From: an uncultured Planococcus sp.
Lineage (GTDB): Bacteria; Bacillota; Bacilli; Bacillales_A; Planococcaceae
DNA length: 64,000 nucleotides
Direction: 5' to 3'
NCBI GenBank assembly: GCA_947493585.1
Contig: CANLRI010000007.1
Coordinates: 45 to 64,044, forward strand
Shown here: positions 49,671-62,257 of the stretch, one piece after another
How positions within the stretch are numbered: the first letter of the stretch is position 1
Layout: each line of letters begins with the position of its first letter
Program-made: the position numbers and the translations under genes
Notes under the pieces: generated by a model
Told to the model about the DNA's origin: nothing
The model's database searches: none
Seen by the model: only the letters and a program-made list of their open reading frames with translations

Positions 49671-50321
49671 TTACGAGGACCGGCTTTCACTTGCCTGCAG
49701 ATGCCGCTCAAGTTTCCGCTTGACCCGCTGCAAGGCATTATCGATCGATTTCACATGCCGTTCCAGCTTTTCAGAAATTTCCTGATAAGACTGCCCATCG
49801 AGATATAGCGTCAGCACTTCACGTTCCAACTCACTTAGCACTTCGTCCATTTTGCCTTCCATGTAACGGAATTCTTCATTATGGATCATCAGTTCTTCCG
49901 GATCGTCCGCGCCGCTTCCGGCGAGCACATCCATCAATGTGCGGTCCGACTCTTCGTCGTAGATCGGCTTATCAAGCGAGACATAGGAATTCAGCGGGAT
50001 GTGCTTCTGGCGAGTAGCCGTCTTGATCGCTGTGATGATCTGGCGAACGATGCACAACTCCGCAAATGCACGGAATGAAGACAGTTTATCGCTCCTGAAG
50101 TCACGGATCGCTTTATACAAGCCGATCATTCCTTCTTGGATGATGTCTTCTTTATCTGCGCCAATGAGAAAATAGGAACGGGCTTTCATCCGCACAAATG
50201 GACGGAACTTGGTGATGAGAAAATCCAAGGCTTCCGTGTTGCCACTATGGACCAGACCGACAAGTTCTTCATCTGCCAATTCAGTAAAGTTACGGTTGCG
50301 AACTTGCTCAAAATTTTCCAC
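49671..50321 (-). CDS. sigH: RNA polymerase sigma factor SigH (sigma-70 family, transition-state/sporulation type)
   Basis: 216 aa. GTG start after a GGAGGGAT Shine-Dalgarno. Region 2 reads DKEDIIQEGMIGLYKAIRDF. Same yacP-sigH-rpmG order as in B. subtilis. Confidence 0.92.
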   Translation of the reverse strand: MENFEQVRNRNFTELADEELVGLVHSGNTEALDFLITKFRPFVRMKARSYFLIGADKEDIIQEGMIGLYKAIRDFRSDKLSSFRAFAELCIVRQIITAIKTATRQKHIPLNSYVSLDKPIYDEESDRTLMDVLAGSGADDPEELMIHNEEFRYMEGKMDEVLSELEREVLTLYLDGQSYQEISEKLERHVKSIDNALQRVKRKLERHLQASESRSS

Positions 50322-50358
50322 GGGTGATCCCTCCGATTGGGTGAGCCTCGATATTTCC

Positions 50359-50388
50359 AGTATACAGGAAGAAAAAATTGAGCGTCAA
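50359..50388 (-). promoter_or_regulatory. sigma-A promoter, TTGACG-18-TATACT, for sigH
   Basis: -35 at 50383..50388 and -10 at 50359..50364. Confidence 0.55.
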
Positions 50389-50392
50389 CAGT

Positions 50393-50902
50393 TCATTTAA
50401 GGCCTCGTCGCCATTTTTCAAAAATTTCTGCCACTTCTCCTTCAAGCGGAATCTTGGAAATGGAGCGCTGCTCTTGGATCTCCCGCACTTTCTTCGCAAT
50501 GCGCTTGTCAATTTCCTCCATCTCAATTTCCAGTTCACGCGCAGAAATACGCAACGCCCCTTTAGCGAAAATCACCCATTGTTCGGTCGAGTCCGATGTA
50601 GCAACGTAAATTTGGTCACGCCGGCTGTTCAGGCTGATCGCCAGCTTTTCAATCCGCTCATCGGCTGTCTCACTAGAACGGGTAAAGATCACTTCCACGT
50701 CACTATGCAGATTCTTTGCTTCAATACCCGGCACAAGATGGGCATCGAAGACAATGATGACACGCCATCCTTTGAACCCTCGATATTCGGCCATCCGTTC
50801 GATGAGCCGGTCTCGCGCATCCGCCAGGCGTTCTTTTTTCAACGCTGTTAGTTCTGCCCAATCGCCAATGATGTTATAGCCATCTACCAGCAGAATATTC
50901 AT
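50393..50902 (-). CDS. yacP: NYN-domain ribonuclease YacP (Rae1-like)
   Basis: Trimmed to MNILLVDGYNIIGDW (169 aa). Follows rlmB as in B. subtilis. Confidence 0.85.
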   Translation of the reverse strand: MNILLVDGYNIIGDWAELTALKKERLADARDRLIERMAEYRGFKGWRVIIVFDAHLVPGIEAKNLHSDVEVIFTRSSETADERIEKLAISLNSRRDQIYVATSDSTEQWVIFAKGALRISARELEIEMEEIDKRIAKKVREIQEQRSISKIPLEGEVAEIFEKWRRGLK

Positions 50903-50906
50903 GGCA

Positions 50907-51656
50907 TCACCCGAGTGGATGGCGCTTGCGATAGACTTCATACATCAACAAGCTCGCCGCCACCGACGCGTTCAGGGATGTTACATGACCGACCATCGGC
51001 AATTGATAAAGGAAGTCGCATTTGTCGCGCAAGATGCGGCTCATGCCCTTGCCTTCGCTGCCGATGATGACAGCAAGTGGCAACGTGGCATCCATTCGCC
51101 GGTAATCGACCGACTCTTTAGCGTCAGTGCCGGCAATCCAGACACCGCGTTTTTTCAATTCATCGACCGTTTGCGATAAATTATTGACCCGCACAACCGG
51201 CACATGTTCAATCGCCCCAGTCGATGATTTGGCGACGACACCGGTTAAGCCGACGGCACGGCGCTGCGGGATGATCAACCCATGGGCGCCAACCGCATCC
51301 GCTGTCCGCATGATCGACCCAAGATTATGCGGGTCTTCTAGCTCGTCTAGGATGAGGAAGAACGGATCTTCCTGCTTGTCCTGGGCTTTCGCGAACAATT
51401 CTTCTAGTTCTGCATAGCGATACGCCGCGACTGCTGCGGCAATTCCTTGATGATTTGTATCGGTCAGCCCGTCAATTTTCTTTTTCGGTACAAACTGGAC
51501 CAGTACTTTCTGTTCTTTTGCCAATTGCAGAAGTTCTGCAATGCCTTTTTTCTGTACGCCTTCTGCGATCCAGATTTTATTAATATCACGCTTGGCGCGC
51601 AGCGCTTCTAGCACCGGATTTTTGCCTCCGATGATTTCTGGCGTTTCCTCCGTCAT
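50907..51656 (-). CDS. rlmB: 23S rRNA (guanosine-2'-O)-methyltransferase RlmB (SpoU/TrmH family)
   Basis: 249 aa with a SpoU N-terminal substrate-binding domain and C-terminal motifs (LGSEGKGM, SLNASVAA). Confidence 0.9.
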   Translation of the reverse strand: MTEETPEIIGGKNPVLEALRAKRDINKIWIAEGVQKKGIAELLQLAKEQKVLVQFVPKKKIDGLTDTNHQGIAAAVAAYRYAELEELFAKAQDKQEDPFFLILDELEDPHNLGSIMRTADAVGAHGLIIPQRRAVGLTGVVAKSSTGAIEHVPVVRVNNLSQTVDELKKRGVWIAGTDAKESVDYRRMDATLPLAVIIGSEGKGMSRILRDKCDFLYQLPMVGHVTSLNASVAASLLMYEVYRKRHPLG

Positions 51657-52069
51657 TTGACCACTCCTCTCGGCTCTTCGGCGATGCTGATGGCATAATT
51701 GATCAATTCATCCAGCCGCTCCTGCTCTTCTTTTAAATACAACCAGCCGAGCACCGCTTCAAAAGCAGTACTGAAATTATAAGTCTGGACATCGGTATTT
51801 CTCGGCACCGAACCAGATTTCGCGTTGCGTCCTCGACGCATAATGGCAAGCTCTGTTTCGTTCAGCACCCCTTCATCGACAAAGCGCTTCAAAATGGACG
51901 CTTGGGACTTCGCCGAAACGAATGCCGTCGATGACCGATGAAGAATGTTCGGCTTAACGCGGCCTGCGTGGAGCAAGTGTGCACGCACCGCTGTTTCGTA
52001 AACCGCATCCCCCATATAAGCGAGTGCCAAGGCATTCAATTGATCAACGTCTTGTTTTCTCAACACCAT
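51653..52069 (-). CDS. mrnC: mini-ribonuclease III
   Basis: 138 aa, ALALAYMGDAVYE RNase III signature. Lies between cysS and rlmB. Confidence 0.9.
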   Translation of the reverse strand: MVLRKQDVDQLNALALAYMGDAVYETAVRAHLLHAGRVKPNILHRSSTAFVSAKSQASILKRFVDEGVLNETELAIMRRGRNAKSGSVPRNTDVQTYNFSTAFEAVLGWLYLKEEQERLDELINYAISIAEEPRGVVK

Positions 52070-52074
52070 CCGAC

Positions 52075-53472
52075 TTAGCCTCTCTTCCAGCGCGTGCCTT
52101 GCGCTGTATCTTCTAAAATGATGTTCTGTTCTTTCAGTTGGTCGCGGATTTCATCCGAGCGTGCGAAATCACGGTTTTTGCGCGCTTCGATGCGTTCTTC
52201 CAATAATGCTTCGATTTCCGCATCCAAAAGTTCAGATTGCGCGAACGGCAAGCCAAGAACTTCCGACAACTCATCAAACACATCCACGAAGGTTTGAAGA
52301 ACCGGCTCAGCCGTCTGTTTCTCAAGCAAGTACGTATTCGCAAGTTTCGACAGGTCGAACAACTTCGAGATGGCATTCGCCGTGTTGAAGTCATCGTCCA
52401 TCGTTTCGATGAATTCCTTTTTGATCGAGTCAATTTTAGACAACCAAATATCGTTGTGGTCGCCAAGGCCCGCCGAATTCTCCAAGCGGTGTTTGACATT
52501 GCCATAGGCCGTGCGAATCCGCTCCATCCCAGCTTGTGCGTCTTCTACCAATCCTTTGGAGTAATTGATCGGATGACGGTAATGAACTGACAGCATAAAG
52601 AGGCGCAATACTTGCGGGTCGAGTTCTTTTAAAATGTCATTTACCAGCACGAAGTTATTCAACGACTTGGACATTTTTTCGTTTTCAATATTAATATACC
52701 CGTTATGCATCCAATAACGCGCAAACTGCTTGCCCGTATAAGCTTCCGATTGGGCGATTTCATTTTCATGGTGCGGGAAAGTCAGATCCTGCCCGCCTGC
52801 ATGGATGTCGATTGTATCGCCGAGGTGTTCTCTTGCCATGACCGAGCATTCGATGTGCCAACCTGGGCGTCCTTTGCCCCATGGGCTTTCCCAGGAAATT
52901 TCACCAGGCTTTGCCGCTTTCCATAACACGAAATCCAAGGCATCCTGCTTTTTATCCCCTGCTTCGATGCGAGCACCGATCTTGAGTTCATCCACTGATT
53001 GATGGGATAATTTACCGTAACCGTCGAACTTACGCGTATGGTAATAAACATCGCCTTGTGATTCATATGCATAGCCTTTTTCGATAAGCGCTTCTATAAA
53101 CGCCACGATTTGCGGCATATGCCCCGTGACACGCGGATGGACATCCGCTTCTGCGCAGCCGAGTGCTTTCGTGTTGTCGAAATACGCGTTGATAAAGCGT
53201 TCTGCAATTTCCGGCACTTCTTCGCCGAGTTCATTGGCCGCTTTAATCAATTTATCGTCAACATCTGTGAAATTCGATACGTATTTCACATCGTAGCCAC
53301 GGTATTCCAAATAACGGCGTACCGTATCATACACGATGACCGGGCGTGCGTTTCCGATATGGATGTAGTTGTAAACAGTCGGCCCGCACACATACATTTT
53401 CACTTTGCCTTCTTCAAGCGGCACGAATGCTTCTTTTTGGCGCGTCAATGAATTAAAAATCTGGATACTCAT
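52075..53472 (-). CDS. cysS: cysteine--tRNA ligase
   Basis: 465 aa with HIGN (HIGH-type) and KMSKS motifs. Confidence 0.97.
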   Translation of the reverse strand: MSIQIFNSLTRQKEAFVPLEEGKVKMYVCGPTVYNYIHIGNARPVIVYDTVRRYLEYRGYDVKYVSNFTDVDDKLIKAANELGEEVPEIAERFINAYFDNTKALGCAEADVHPRVTGHMPQIVAFIEALIEKGYAYESQGDVYYHTRKFDGYGKLSHQSVDELKIGARIEAGDKKQDALDFVLWKAAKPGEISWESPWGKGRPGWHIECSVMAREHLGDTIDIHAGGQDLTFPHHENEIAQSEAYTGKQFARYWMHNGYINIENEKMSKSLNNFVLVNDILKELDPQVLRLFMLSVHYRHPINYSKGLVEDAQAGMERIRTAYGNVKHRLENSAGLGDHNDIWLSKIDSIKKEFIETMDDDFNTANAISKLFDLSKLANTYLLEKQTAEPVLQTFVDVFDELSEVLGLPFAQSELLDAEIEALLEERIEARKNRDFARSDEIRDQLKEQNIILEDTAQGTRWKRG

Positions 53473-54143
53473 AATAGCTTCCCTTCTTCCTGCTGCTGGT
53501 TGTTTTCTCTTTTCAATTGTTCTACTTCACGCTGCAAAGCGGCGATTTTCATTTCCATGCCATCGCATTTATCCATTACCGGATCCGGCATATTCTGGTG
53601 GTTCAAGTCTCTTTTTTTCACTTTGACGCCGTCTTGAATGACGACTTTTCCGGGGATGCCGACGACTGTCGAATTCGGCGGCACGTCTTTCAAGACGACC
53701 GATCCCGCTCCGACTTTGGAGTTTTCACCGACCGTAATCGAGCCGAGCACTTTTGCACCGGTCGCGACCAGCACATTATCTGCGAGTGTCGGATGGCGTT
53801 TCCCACGCTCCTTGCCCGTTCCTCCGAGAGTGACGCCTTGGTAGAGCGTCACATCGTTACCGATTTCACAGGTTTCCCCGACGACGACACCCATGCCATG
53901 GTCGATAAACAAACGACGACCGATGACCGCGCCAGGATGGATTTCAATCCCTGTGAAAAAGCGGCTGATTTGCGAAATCGCCCGCGCGATGAAAAACAGC
54001 TTCTTCTTGAAGAAGAAATGCGCCAAACGATGGGCCCAGATGGCGTGCAGCCCGGCATAAGTCAGCACTACTTCGAAATAACTGCGAGCGGCAGGGTCCT
54101 GTTCAAAAATAACATCAATATCTTCTTTCAGTAATTTCCACAT
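53469..54143 (-). CDS. cysE: serine O-acetyltransferase
   Basis: Trimmed to [21 protein letters not shown] (224 aa), AAAGGAGAA Shine-Dalgarno. Hexapeptide repeats. Confidence 0.93.
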   Translation of the reverse strand: MWKLLKEDIDVIFEQDPAARSYFEVVLTYAGLHAIWAHRLAHFFFKKKLFFIARAISQISRFFTGIEIHPGAVIGRRLFIDHGMGVVVGETCEIGNDVTLYQGVTLGGTGKERGKRHPTLADNVLVATGAKVLGSITVGENSKVGAGSVVLKDVPPNSTVVGIPGKVVIQDGVKVKKRDLNHQNMPDPVMDKCDGMEMKIAALQREVEQLKRENNQQQEEGKLL

Positions 54144-54170
54144 TCGGCTTTCTCCTTTCTGTTCCAATAT

Positions 54171-54415
54171 AAAAAGCGCCCCTGTCAATTGCTTGACAGA
54201 GACGCTTTCCCGCGCGGTTCCACTCTGATTAAAAGGACGTGTCCTTTTCTCTCGAAGCCTTTAACGCAGGCAAACGTCTGGTCTACTTGATTCAACTCAG
54301 CACTCGGGGAGGCATTTCAGGAGCACAGCGGCACAGGTCACTTACAGCCGGTGATGACCCTCTCTTTGGAGCATGCTCTCCTTACTTCTTCCCGTCAACG
54401 TTTTGATAATTGGTA
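54171..54415 (-). promoter_or_regulatory. T-box riboswitch leader (cysteine specifier UGC) with terminator, upstream of cysE-cysS
   Basis: AGAGAG stem I element. Specifier region GAAAUGCCUCC. T-box sequence AGAGUGGAACCGCG at 54213..54226. Terminator GCGUCUCUGUCAA..UUGACAGGGGCGC plus U5 at 54171..54205. Confidence 0.88.
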
Positions 54416-54420
54416 AATTC

Positions 54421-54448
54421 ATTGTACACGCTTATGCGCATAAGTCAA
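54421..54448 (-). promoter_or_regulatory. sigma-A promoter, TTGACT-16-TACAAT, for the Cys T-box and cysES
   Basis: -35 at 54443..54448 and -10 at 54421..54426. Confidence 0.55.
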
Positions 54449-54452
54449 AACT

Positions 54453-55916
54453 TTATGCCCCTGCGTATTGGCCGACGCGCGCAATCGCTTTTTCCTTGCC
54501 AAGAAGCGAAATCGCATCCGGCAATTCTGGGCCGTGTGTCTGCCCTGTCGTTACGACGCGGATCGGCATGAAGAGGTTTTTCCCTTTATGGCCAGTCGCT
54601 TTTTGTACCGCTTTGATCGCGGATTTGATTTCTGCCGGTTCGAATGCGTCTAAAGAAGCTAGCTGCTCTTTGAAAGCCGCCATGACTTCCGGTACTTGTT
54701 CGCCGCTCAAGACTTCTTTTTCGGCTTCGCCGTAATGAAGATCGTCCGTAAAGAACAAGTCGGACAACTCGACGATTTCTGCGCCAAAGCTCAATTGGTC
54801 ATGGTACAAGGCGATCAATTTCTCTGCCCACTGCGCTTGCTCTTCCGATAATTCCTCCGGCAGCTTGCCGGCTTTTTGAAGATGCGGCAACGCCAGCCCA
54901 ACGACTTCTTCGAGTGACATTTGCTTGATGTATTGGTTGTTCATCCATGTCAATTTTTGCTTATCGAACATCGACGGCGATTTCGACAAACGCTCGGTGT
55001 CGAAAATGCGGATCAATTCTTCTTTCGAGAAGATCTCTTCTTCGCCTTCCGGGGACCAGCCGAGCAGCGCAAAGAAGTTAAACAGCGCTTCCGGAATATA
55101 GCCAAGGTCTTTGTACTGGGAAATGAACTGGATAATCGACTCGTCGCGCTTCGACAGCTTCTTGCGATCTTCGTTGACGATCAAGGTCATGTGTCCGTAA
55201 GTTGGATGATCCCAGCCGAACGAATCGTAGACCATTTGCTGTTTCGGCGTGTTCGACAAATGCTCTTCGCCGCGGAATACGTGGGTGATCTTCATCAAAT
55301 GGTCATCGATGACCACTGCGAAGTTATACGTCGGAATGCCGTTCGTCTTCACGACAACCCAGTCGCCGACATCTTTTGATTCGAATGAAATCTCGCCGCG
55401 CACCATGTCATCGAATTTATACGTGACATCCGCCGGCACTTTCATGCGAAGGGAATACGTCTCGCCAGCCGCTTCTTTTTCAGCCACTTCTTCGGCCGTC
55501 AAATTGCGGCAAGTCCCGCTGTACTGAGGTGCCGCAACACCAGAGGCGCGCTGGGCTTCACGTTCTTTCTCAAGCGTATCCGGCGTACAGAAGCATTTGT
55601 AGATATCGCCTTTTTCCAATAGCTCATCAGCATATTTTTTGTAAATATCCAAACGCTCCATCTGGCGATATGGGCCGTATTCTCCGCCCACGTCGATCGA
55701 CTCGTCGTGCTCGATGCCGAGCCATTTCAAGTTGTCAATCTGGGACATGACGCCCGTTTCAATATTGCGGGCAGTATCCGTGTCTTCGATGCGGACGATG
55801 AATTTGCCATTCATATGGCGAGCATATAAATAATTAAATAGCGCTGTGCGGGCTCCGCCGATATGTAAATGGCCGGTCGGGCTCGGTGCATAGCGTACGC
55901 GTACTTCTTGTGTCAT
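54453..55916 (-). CDS. gltX: glutamate--tRNA ligase
   Basis: 487 aa, [24 protein letters not shown]..., KLSKR motif. Confidence 0.97.
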   Translation of the reverse strand: MTQEVRVRYAPSPTGHLHIGGARTALFNYLYARHMNGKFIVRIEDTDTARNIETGVMSQIDNLKWLGIEHDESIDVGGEYGPYRQMERLDIYKKYADELLEKGDIYKCFCTPDTLEKEREAQRASGVAAPQYSGTCRNLTAEEVAEKEAAGETYSLRMKVPADVTYKFDDMVRGEISFESKDVGDWVVVKTNGIPTYNFAVVIDDHLMKITHVFRGEEHLSNTPKQQMVYDSFGWDHPTYGHMTLIVNEDRKKLSKRDESIIQFISQYKDLGYIPEALFNFFALLGWSPEGEEEIFSKEELIRIFDTERLSKSPSMFDKQKLTWMNNQYIKQMSLEEVVGLALPHLQKAGKLPEELSEEQAQWAEKLIALYHDQLSFGAEIVELSDLFFTDDLHYGEAEKEVLSGEQVPEVMAAFKEQLASLDAFEPAEIKSAIKAVQKATGHKGKNLFMPIRVVTTGQTHGPELPDAISLLGKEKAIARVGQYAGA

Positions 55917-55958
55917 TTGATTTCCTCCTAAAATTGCCTTAATCCTTTAGTTATTCTA

Positions 55959-56462
55959 TCACTCTGGGACGTCCAGCGAAAGCGGGCGCTGATTGAGTAG
56001 AATGACCGCGAGCGCCGCGATTCCCTCTTCCCGGCCGGTAAAGCCCAGGTGTTCGGACGTCGTCGCTTTGACGTTCACCTGTGAAATATCCGCTTCCAAT
56101 AGCTCAGCGATCGACGCGCGCATTTGCTCAATATAAGGGGCAAGCTTCGGTTTTTGCGCAATGACCGTGCAATCGACATTGCCAAGTTCGTAGCCCTGTT
56201 CTTTTACATACTCCCAAATATGAGTCAGCAATTTCTTCGAATCGGCATCTTTAAATTCCGGGTCTGTATCCGGGAAATGTTTGCCGATATCTCCTCCGCC
56301 GATCGCGCCGAGTGCTGCGTCCGTGATCGTATGCAATAACACATCCGCATCCGAATGCCCGAGAAGCCCACGGTCGTGTTCGATTTCAACGCCGCCTAAA
56401 ATAAACGGGCGTCCTTCTACCAATTGATGCACATCGTACCCTTGTCCAATTCGTATCATCAT
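55959..56462 (-). CDS. ispF: 2-C-methyl-D-erythritol 2,4-cyclodiphosphate synthase
   Basis: 167 aa, [10 protein letters not shown]...[10 protein letters not shown] motifs. TAATG overlap with ispD. Confidence 0.95.
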   Translation of the reverse strand: MMIRIGQGYDVHQLVEGRPFILGGVEIEHDRGLLGHSDADVLLHTITDAALGAIGGGDIGKHFPDTDPEFKDADSKKLLTHIWEYVKEQGYELGNVDCTVIAQKPKLAPYIEQMRASIAELLEADISQVNVKATTSEHLGFTGREEGIAALAVILLNQRPLSLDVPE

Positions 56463-57154
56463 TATTCCTCCTGTAATCGACTCGCAAGAATCGCTTTTCC
56501 ATAAATTAAATCATCCGGTGTTGTCATCTTAACGTTGTCATACGTGCTTTCGACAATCTGCACCGGATGCCCCATACGTTCCACAAGCATTGCTTCGTCC
56601 GTTCCGAGGAACCCATCGGCTTTAGCCCGTTGCGCCGCTTCCATTAACAGTTCATAACGGAAAGCCTGTGGCGTCTGGATCATCCACAGCTCCGCGCGAT
56701 TCACTGTTTCCGTAATGACGCTTTCGCGAACTTTTTTTATCGTGTCTTTTACCGGCACGCCGGCAATCGCAGCACCGGATTCATTGGCCTGCTCCACCAA
56801 TTCACGAATGACAATAGGGCTGATGAACGGCCGCGCAGCATCATGCACAAGCACGACTTCACACTGCCCAGCAGCCATCTCAAGGCCCGCACGCACGCTA
56901 TCCTGGCGCTCAGCACCGCCTGTCGCATAGCCTTTAACCTTCTTGATTCTATACCGCTCGACATACGCTTCAATCAACTCGCGCTCATCTTCTTTGACCG
57001 CAAGCCACATGCCTTCGCAATTCGGGTCCCGGTCGAACACTTCCAAGGTATAAATGAAGATCGGTTTACCGGAGAGTTCAAGCAATAATTTATTGCGGTC
57101 GGCTTTCATTCGTTTCCCACTGCCGGCAGCAGGCAATACGACTGTATATTTCAT
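56462..57154 (-). CDS. ispD: 2-C-methyl-D-erythritol 4-phosphate cytidylyltransferase
   Basis: Trimmed to [16 protein letters not shown], which aligns with the B. subtilis MSYDVVIPAAGQGKRM. AAGGA Shine-Dalgarno 8 nt upstream. Confidence 0.93.
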   Translation of the reverse strand: MKYTVVLPAAGSGKRMKADRNKLLLELSGKPIFIYTLEVFDRDPNCEGMWLAVKEDERELIEAYVERYRIKKVKGYATGGAERQDSVRAGLEMAAGQCEVVLVHDAARPFISPIVIRELVEQANESGAAIAGVPVKDTIKKVRESVITETVNRAELWMIQTPQAFRYELLMEAAQRAKADGFLGTDEAMLVERMGHPVQIVESTYDNVKMTTPDDLIYGKAILASRLQEE

Positions 57155-57166
57155 GACAGACATCCT

Positions 57167-58267
57167 TTATTTTTTTGATCCATTTTTCTTCACAGCCAGA
57201 CCTTTAGGCTTGGCAAAAATCATCCGTCCTGCAGAAGTCTGCAAGACGCTCGTCACCACGACGTCGATCGCTTCGCCGATATGACCTTTGCCTTCTTCAA
57301 TGACAATCATTGTGCCATCGTCCAAATACGCGACTCCTTGATTTTGCTCTTTGCCATCTTTAATGACGACTACATGCATTTCCTCGCCTGGTATAACAAC
57401 CGGCTTCACCGCATTGGCGAGGTCATTGATATTCAAGACCGGCACATTATGGAGCTCACACACTTTATTCAAATTAAAATCGTTCGTCACAACTTTCCCG
57501 CCCATTTTCTGGGCTGCGCGCATGAGCTTCATATCGACTTCAGCCGCATCGCCGAAGTCCTCTTCTGTAATCATGATCGCCCCGACGCGCTCTGTCTGCA
57601 GGCGCTTCAAAATATCAAGCCCCCGCCTGCCGCGCGTGCGCTTCAAGGTGTCGGATGAATCCGCAATGTGCTGAAGTTCTGCAATGACGAATTGCGGTAC
57701 GACAAAAATCCCTTCCATAAAGCCAGTCTCTGAAATATCCGCAATCCGCCCATCGATGATGACGCTCGTATCGAGCAATTTATACATTGATTTTTCCACC
57801 GGTTCATCTTCCGGCTTTTTGCCACCTGCTAACTTAGCAGGCGTAAGCATCCCTGTTAGTTCATCACGTTTTTGGAAACCGACCTGGAATCCTAGATAAC
57901 CGAGAACAACGGAAAGAATGATTGGAGCCACTGTCGCAATTAACGGTACATCAATGGTATTCAAAGCAAAGCCGACCAAAAAGGCAACCACCAAGCCAAT
58001 AATCAGGCCGATTGTGCCGAACAATAAATCTGCTGTCGGGGCATGGAGCAATTTGTTCTCCATCCATTTCATGAAATGGACAATCGAATCGACGAACAAT
58101 AAGGACAATACATAAAAAATCGCAGCACCGATAATGGCAGCGACATACGGGTTGTTGATCCATGGATTATTAGAAATAGAAATAAGTTCAAAAGCATATG
58201 GCAAAAACAAGATTCCAACCGTAGCGCCCACTAATAGAAATAATAGCTGAATAATTTTCCGAAGCAT
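57167..58267 (-). CDS. yacL: PIN/TRAM-domain membrane-anchored protein (YacL-like)
   Basis: 366 aa with N-terminal transmembrane helices, a PIN-like region (LLDTSVIIDGRI) and a C-terminal TRAM domain. Conserved radA-yacL-ispD order. Confidence 0.85.
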   Translation of the reverse strand: MLRKIIQLLFLLVGATVGILFLPYAFELISISNNPWINNPYVAAIIGAAIFYVLSLLFVDSIVHFMKWMENKLLHAPTADLLFGTIGLIIGLVVAFLVGFALNTIDVPLIATVAPIILSVVLGYLGFQVGFQKRDELTGMLTPAKLAGGKKPEDEPVEKSMYKLLDTSVIIDGRIADISETGFMEGIFVVPQFVIAELQHIADSSDTLKRTRGRRGLDILKRLQTERVGAIMITEEDFGDAAEVDMKLMRAAQKMGGKVVTNDFNLNKVCELHNVPVLNINDLANAVKPVVIPGEEMHVVVIKDGKEQNQGVAYLDDGTMIVIEEGKGHIGEAIDVVVTSVLQTSAGRMIFAKPKGLAVKKNGSKK

Positions 58268-58346
58268 CTATTCCACCTCCTCCTCTTGATATTATACACG
58301 TTTTAATTATGAAACTCTCTGCATAGCCTTGCCCCTGCGGTAATAG

Positions 58347-58370
58347 AAAAAAAAGAGGCATCTCTGCCCC
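58347..58370 (-). terminator. intrinsic terminator after radA
   Basis: Stem GGGGCA-GAGA-TGCCTC followed by T8. Confidence 0.7.
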
Positions 58371-59753
58371 TTATTGTTGCGGGAATAATTCCTTCAACGC
58401 CTCGTTTATAGTTTCAACACCAACGACGCGGATTCCTTCCGGAAAATCCCAACCGCCCATATTCGATTTTGGGATAATGGCACGCTTAAAGCCCAGCTTT
58501 GCCGCTTCCTGCACGCGCTGTTCTATGCGCGACACACGACGCACTTCCCCGGTCAACCCGACTTCACCGATAATGCAATCATCCACTTTGGGTGCAATAT
58601 CCCGGAAGCTCGAGACAATGCTCGCGAGCACTGCCAAATCGATCGCTGGCTCATCCAACTTCACGCCGCCTGCTACTTTAATATATGCATCTTGCGACTG
58701 AAGCATCAAACCGACACGCTTCTCCAGCACCGCCATTAATAACGATACCCGATTTTGGTCAATTCCAGTCGCCATCCGCTTCGGATAATTAAAGCTCGAC
58801 GGCGTCACCAGCGCCTGGATTTCCACTAGGATCGGCCGCGTTCCTTCCATGGAAGCGACAACTGTCGATCCCGCTGTGCCGCTTGAACGTTCCTGCAAAA
58901 ACAGCTCGGACGGATTCAATACTTCTTTCAATCCACCTTGCAGCATCTCAAAAATCGCAATTTCATTTGTTGAACCGAAGCGGTTTTTCACGCTGCGCAA
59001 AATGCGGTACGTATGGTGGCGCTCCCCTTCGAAATAAAGTACGGTATCCACCATATGTTCCAAAATACGGGGCCCTGCAATCTGGCCTTCTTTCGTCACG
59101 TGCCCGACCAGGAAAATCGCGATGTTTTTCGTTTTCGCTACCCGCATCAATTCCGCCGTGCTTTCACGCACTTGCGTCACGCTGCCGGGTGCAGATGTCA
59201 CTTCCGGATGGTAAACCGTCTGGATCGAATCGACGATGACGAAATCCGGTTCTACTTCTTCAATTGTATGGTGGATCAACTCCAAATTGGTTTCCGCAAA
59301 AATCAATAAGTCTCCGGAAACCGCATCCAGCCGCTCCGCCCGCATCTTCGTCTGGCGAATCGACTCCTCACCTGAAATATACAGTACTTTCTTGCCAGCT
59401 TTCGCAAGAAGCGCCGATACTTGCAACAGCAAAGTGGACTTCCCGATCCCTGGGTCGCCCCCAATCAAAACAAGCGACCCCGAAACAATCCCGCCGCCGA
59501 GCACGCGGTTCAATTCTTCCATTTCCGTTTTCGTCCTTGGCTCTTCTTTCGTTTCAATCGAATTGATCGGTGTCGCTTTTTGGGCAATTTGAGGCGCGCT
59601 GTGCTGGAATGCGCCTCTTGTGCCTTTCGGTGCTGCAACTTCCGTTTCTTCTGTCATCGTATTCCATGCCGCACAACCCGGACATTTCCCCATCCATTTT
59701 GCAGATTCATAACCGCAGGACTGGCAGATGAACTTTATTTTTTTCTTAGCCAT
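58371..59753 (-). CDS. radA: DNA repair protein RadA/Sms
   Basis: 460 aa with an N-terminal zinc finger [12 protein letters not shown], Walker [10 protein letters not shown], the KNRFG motif and a Lon-like C-terminus. Confidence 0.96.
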   Translation of the reverse strand: MAKKKIKFICQSCGYESAKWMGKCPGCAAWNTMTEETEVAAPKGTRGAFQHSAPQIAQKATPINSIETKEEPRTKTEMEELNRVLGGGIVSGSLVLIGGDPGIGKSTLLLQVSALLAKAGKKVLYISGEESIRQTKMRAERLDAVSGDLLIFAETNLELIHHTIEEVEPDFVIVDSIQTVYHPEVTSAPGSVTQVRESTAELMRVAKTKNIAIFLVGHVTKEGQIAGPRILEHMVDTVLYFEGERHHTYRILRSVKNRFGSTNEIAIFEMLQGGLKEVLNPSELFLQERSSGTAGSTVVASMEGTRPILVEIQALVTPSSFNYPKRMATGIDQNRVSLLMAVLEKRVGLMLQSQDAYIKVAGGVKLDEPAIDLAVLASIVSSFRDIAPKVDDCIIGEVGLTGEVRRVSRIEQRVQEAAKLGFKRAIIPKSNMGGWDFPEGIRVVGVETINEALKELFPQQ

Positions 59754-59772
59754 AATGACCTCCTATAAATAG

Positions 59773-59803
59773 AAAAAGCCCGCCGGAGCTATATCCGGCG
59801 GGC
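59773..59803 (-). terminator. intrinsic terminator after clpC
   Basis: Stem GCCCGCCGGA-TATAGC-TCCGGCGGGC followed by TTTTTC. Confidence 0.85.
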
Positions 59804-59812
59804 GGGATATCG

Positions 59813-62257
59813 TTACGATTTCTCTACGGCCCCTTCATTCGTACGGACGATAAATTCTTCGCCTTGTACATCGAAGATGATTTTTTGCCCGGCAATTGCT
59901 GTACCTTTCAACAACTCTTCAGACAAACGGTCTTCGACATGTTTTTGAAGTGAGCGGCGCAAAGGACGTGCTCCGTATTCCGGATCATACCCCTCTTTGG
60001 CAATTTTATCAAGCGCTGCTTCTGTCAGCTCCAAATCGATGTCCTGTTCTTTCAAACGGTCCGTCAATTGCTGCGTCATCAGCTCGACAATCTTGCGCAA
60101 ATCGTTCTTTTCAAGTGAATGGAAGACGATCATATCATCGACACGGTTCAAGAACTCAGGACGGAACGCTTTCTTCAATTCCGCGAGCATCTTGCCCTTC
60201 ATGTCTTTATAATCCGTCTTCGAATCTTCCAAGTTAAAGCCGACATACTTATTGTATTTCAATTCCTGTGCACCGACGTTCGACGTCATGATGATTACCG
60301 TGTTGCGGAAATCGACTCGGCGTCCTTTGGAATCCGTCAAATGCCCGTCTTCAAGCACTTGCAAGAGGATGTTAAAGACTTCAGGGTGAGCTTTCTCGAT
60401 TTCATCAAGCAAGACCACTGAATACGGCTTTCTGCGGACTTTCTCTGTCAGTTGGCCGCCTTCTTCATAGCCGACATAACCTGGAGGTGAACCGACAAGG
60501 CGTGAAGTCGTATGGCGCTCCATGTACTCGGACATATCGATGCGGATCATCGCATCTTCATCGCCGAACATCGACTCAGCCAAAGCCTTCGCCAGTTCAG
60601 TTTTACCGACGCCTGTTGGCCCTAGGAAAATGAACGAGCCAATCGGGCGTTTCGGATCTTTCAACCCGGCACGCGCACGGCGGATCGCTTTCGAAATCGA
60701 AGTCACCGCTTCATCCTGGCCGATTACACGGCTATGGAGAATCTGCTCCAAATTAAGCAATTTATCGGATTCTGTCTGCGCCAATCTCGATACTGGCACG
60801 CCTGTCCACATAGAGACGACTTTCGCGATATCTTCGACTGTTACTTCAGACTCTTCTTTGCCTTGCTTTTCTTTCCATTCTTTCTTCGTCTGGTCGAGCT
60901 CATCTTTCAGCTTTTGCTCGGCATCGCGAAGAGAAGCTGCTTTTTCGAATTCCTGACTCTGCACCGCTTCATTCTTTTCAGAACGCGCAGCCTCAAGACG
61001 GGCTTCAAGCTCCTTCAAATCTGGTGGAGTCGTATACGAACGCAAACGCACTTTCGAACCGGCCTCATCAATCAAGTCGATCGCTTTATCCGGCAAGAAA
61101 CGGTCGGAAATATAACGGTCAGACATTTTAGCTGCCGCAACAATCGCTTCATCGGTAATTTTTACGCGGTGATGCGCTTCGTAACGGTCGCGCAAGCCTT
61201 TAATGATTTCGATTGATTCCTCAACCGTCGGCTCATCCACTTGAATCGGCTGGAAACGGCGCTCAAGCGCTGCATCTTTCTCGATATATTTACGATACTC
61301 ATCCAGCGTTGTCGCACCGATGCACTGCAATTCACCGCGTGCAAGCGATGGTTTCAAGATATTCGAAGCATCGATCGCACCCTCAGCTCCGCCAGCACCG
61401 ATCAATGTATGAAGCTCATCAATGAAAAGAATGACATTGCCTGCTTGGCGTATTTCATCCATCACTTTTTTCAAGCGGTCTTCAAACTCACCGCGGTATT
61501 TCGTTCCGGCAACCACCGTACCCATATCAAGCACCATAACGCGTTTGTCGCGAAGTGTTTCCGGGATTTCATTATTCACGATTTGCTGGGCAAGCCCTTC
61601 TGCGATCGCCGTTTTACCGACACCAGGCTCCCCGATCAATACCGGGTTGTTTTTCGTTCTGCGGCTCAGTACTTCAATCACACGCGTGATTTCGTCGCTG
61701 CGCCCGATTACAGGATCTAGGCTTCCTTCACGCGCCACTTGCGTTAAGTCGCGTGCCAAACCATCCAAGGTCGGTGTATTGGCAGATGCATTAGGACTCG
61801 TGCCAGTCGATGCCTGCTCGTTGCTGCCGAGTAGCTGCAATACTTGCTGGCGCGCTTTATTCAAGCTGACACCGGCATTTCCAAGTACACGTGCAGCAAC
61901 CCCTTCGCCTTCACGAATTAAAGCAAGCAGTAGATGCTCAGTTCCGATATAGGAATGGCCCAATTTACGGGACTCATCAACAGATAGCTCGATCACTTTC
62001 TTAGCTCGTGGCGTATAGTGAACAATCGGTCCGACATCCTTTTCTCCAACACCGACTAGTTCTTTCACACCGTCTTCGATCAATTGTGTATTCACTTCAA
62101 TCGCTTCAAGTGCTTTTGCAGCGATGCCGCCGCCTTCTCGGATCAAACCAAGCAAAATATGCTCAGTTCCGATCGATTCGTGCTTCATGCGGATGGCCTC
62201 TTCTTGGGCTAATTGAAGAACTTTTTGTGCGCGTTGTGTAAATCGGTTGAACATCAT
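59813..62257 (-). CDS. clpC: ATP-dependent Clp protease ATP-binding subunit ClpC
   Basis: 814 aa, [21 protein letters not shown]..., two AAA+ modules (GEPGVGKT and GPTGVGKT) and a UVR linker. Confidence 0.97.
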   Translation of the reverse strand: MMFNRFTQRAQKVLQLAQEEAIRMKHESIGTEHILLGLIREGGGIAAKALEAIEVNTQLIEDGVKELVGVGEKDVGPIVHYTPRAKKVIELSVDESRKLGHSYIGTEHLLLALIREGEGVAARVLGNAGVSLNKARQQVLQLLGSNEQASTGTSPNASANTPTLDGLARDLTQVAREGSLDPVIGRSDEITRVIEVLSRRTKNNPVLIGEPGVGKTAIAEGLAQQIVNNEIPETLRDKRVMVLDMGTVVAGTKYRGEFEDRLKKVMDEIRQAGNVILFIDELHTLIGAGGAEGAIDASNILKPSLARGELQCIGATTLDEYRKYIEKDAALERRFQPIQVDEPTVEESIEIIKGLRDRYEAHHRVKITDEAIVAAAKMSDRYISDRFLPDKAIDLIDEAGSKVRLRSYTTPPDLKELEARLEAARSEKNEAVQSQEFEKAASLRDAEQKLKDELDQTKKEWKEKQGKEESEVTVEDIAKVVSMWTGVPVSRLAQTESDKLLNLEQILHSRVIGQDEAVTSISKAIRRARAGLKDPKRPIGSFIFLGPTGVGKTELAKALAESMFGDEDAMIRIDMSEYMERHTTSRLVGSPPGYVGYEEGGQLTEKVRRKPYSVVLLDEIEKAHPEVFNILLQVLEDGHLTDSKGRRVDFRNTVIIMTSNVGAQELKYNKYVGFNLEDSKTDYKDMKGKMLAELKKAFRPEFLNRVDDMIVFHSLEKNDLRKIVELMTQQLTDRLKEQDIDLELTEAALDKIAKEGYDPEYGARPLRRSLQKHVEDRLSEELLKGTAIAGQKIIFDVQGEEFIVRTNEGAVEKS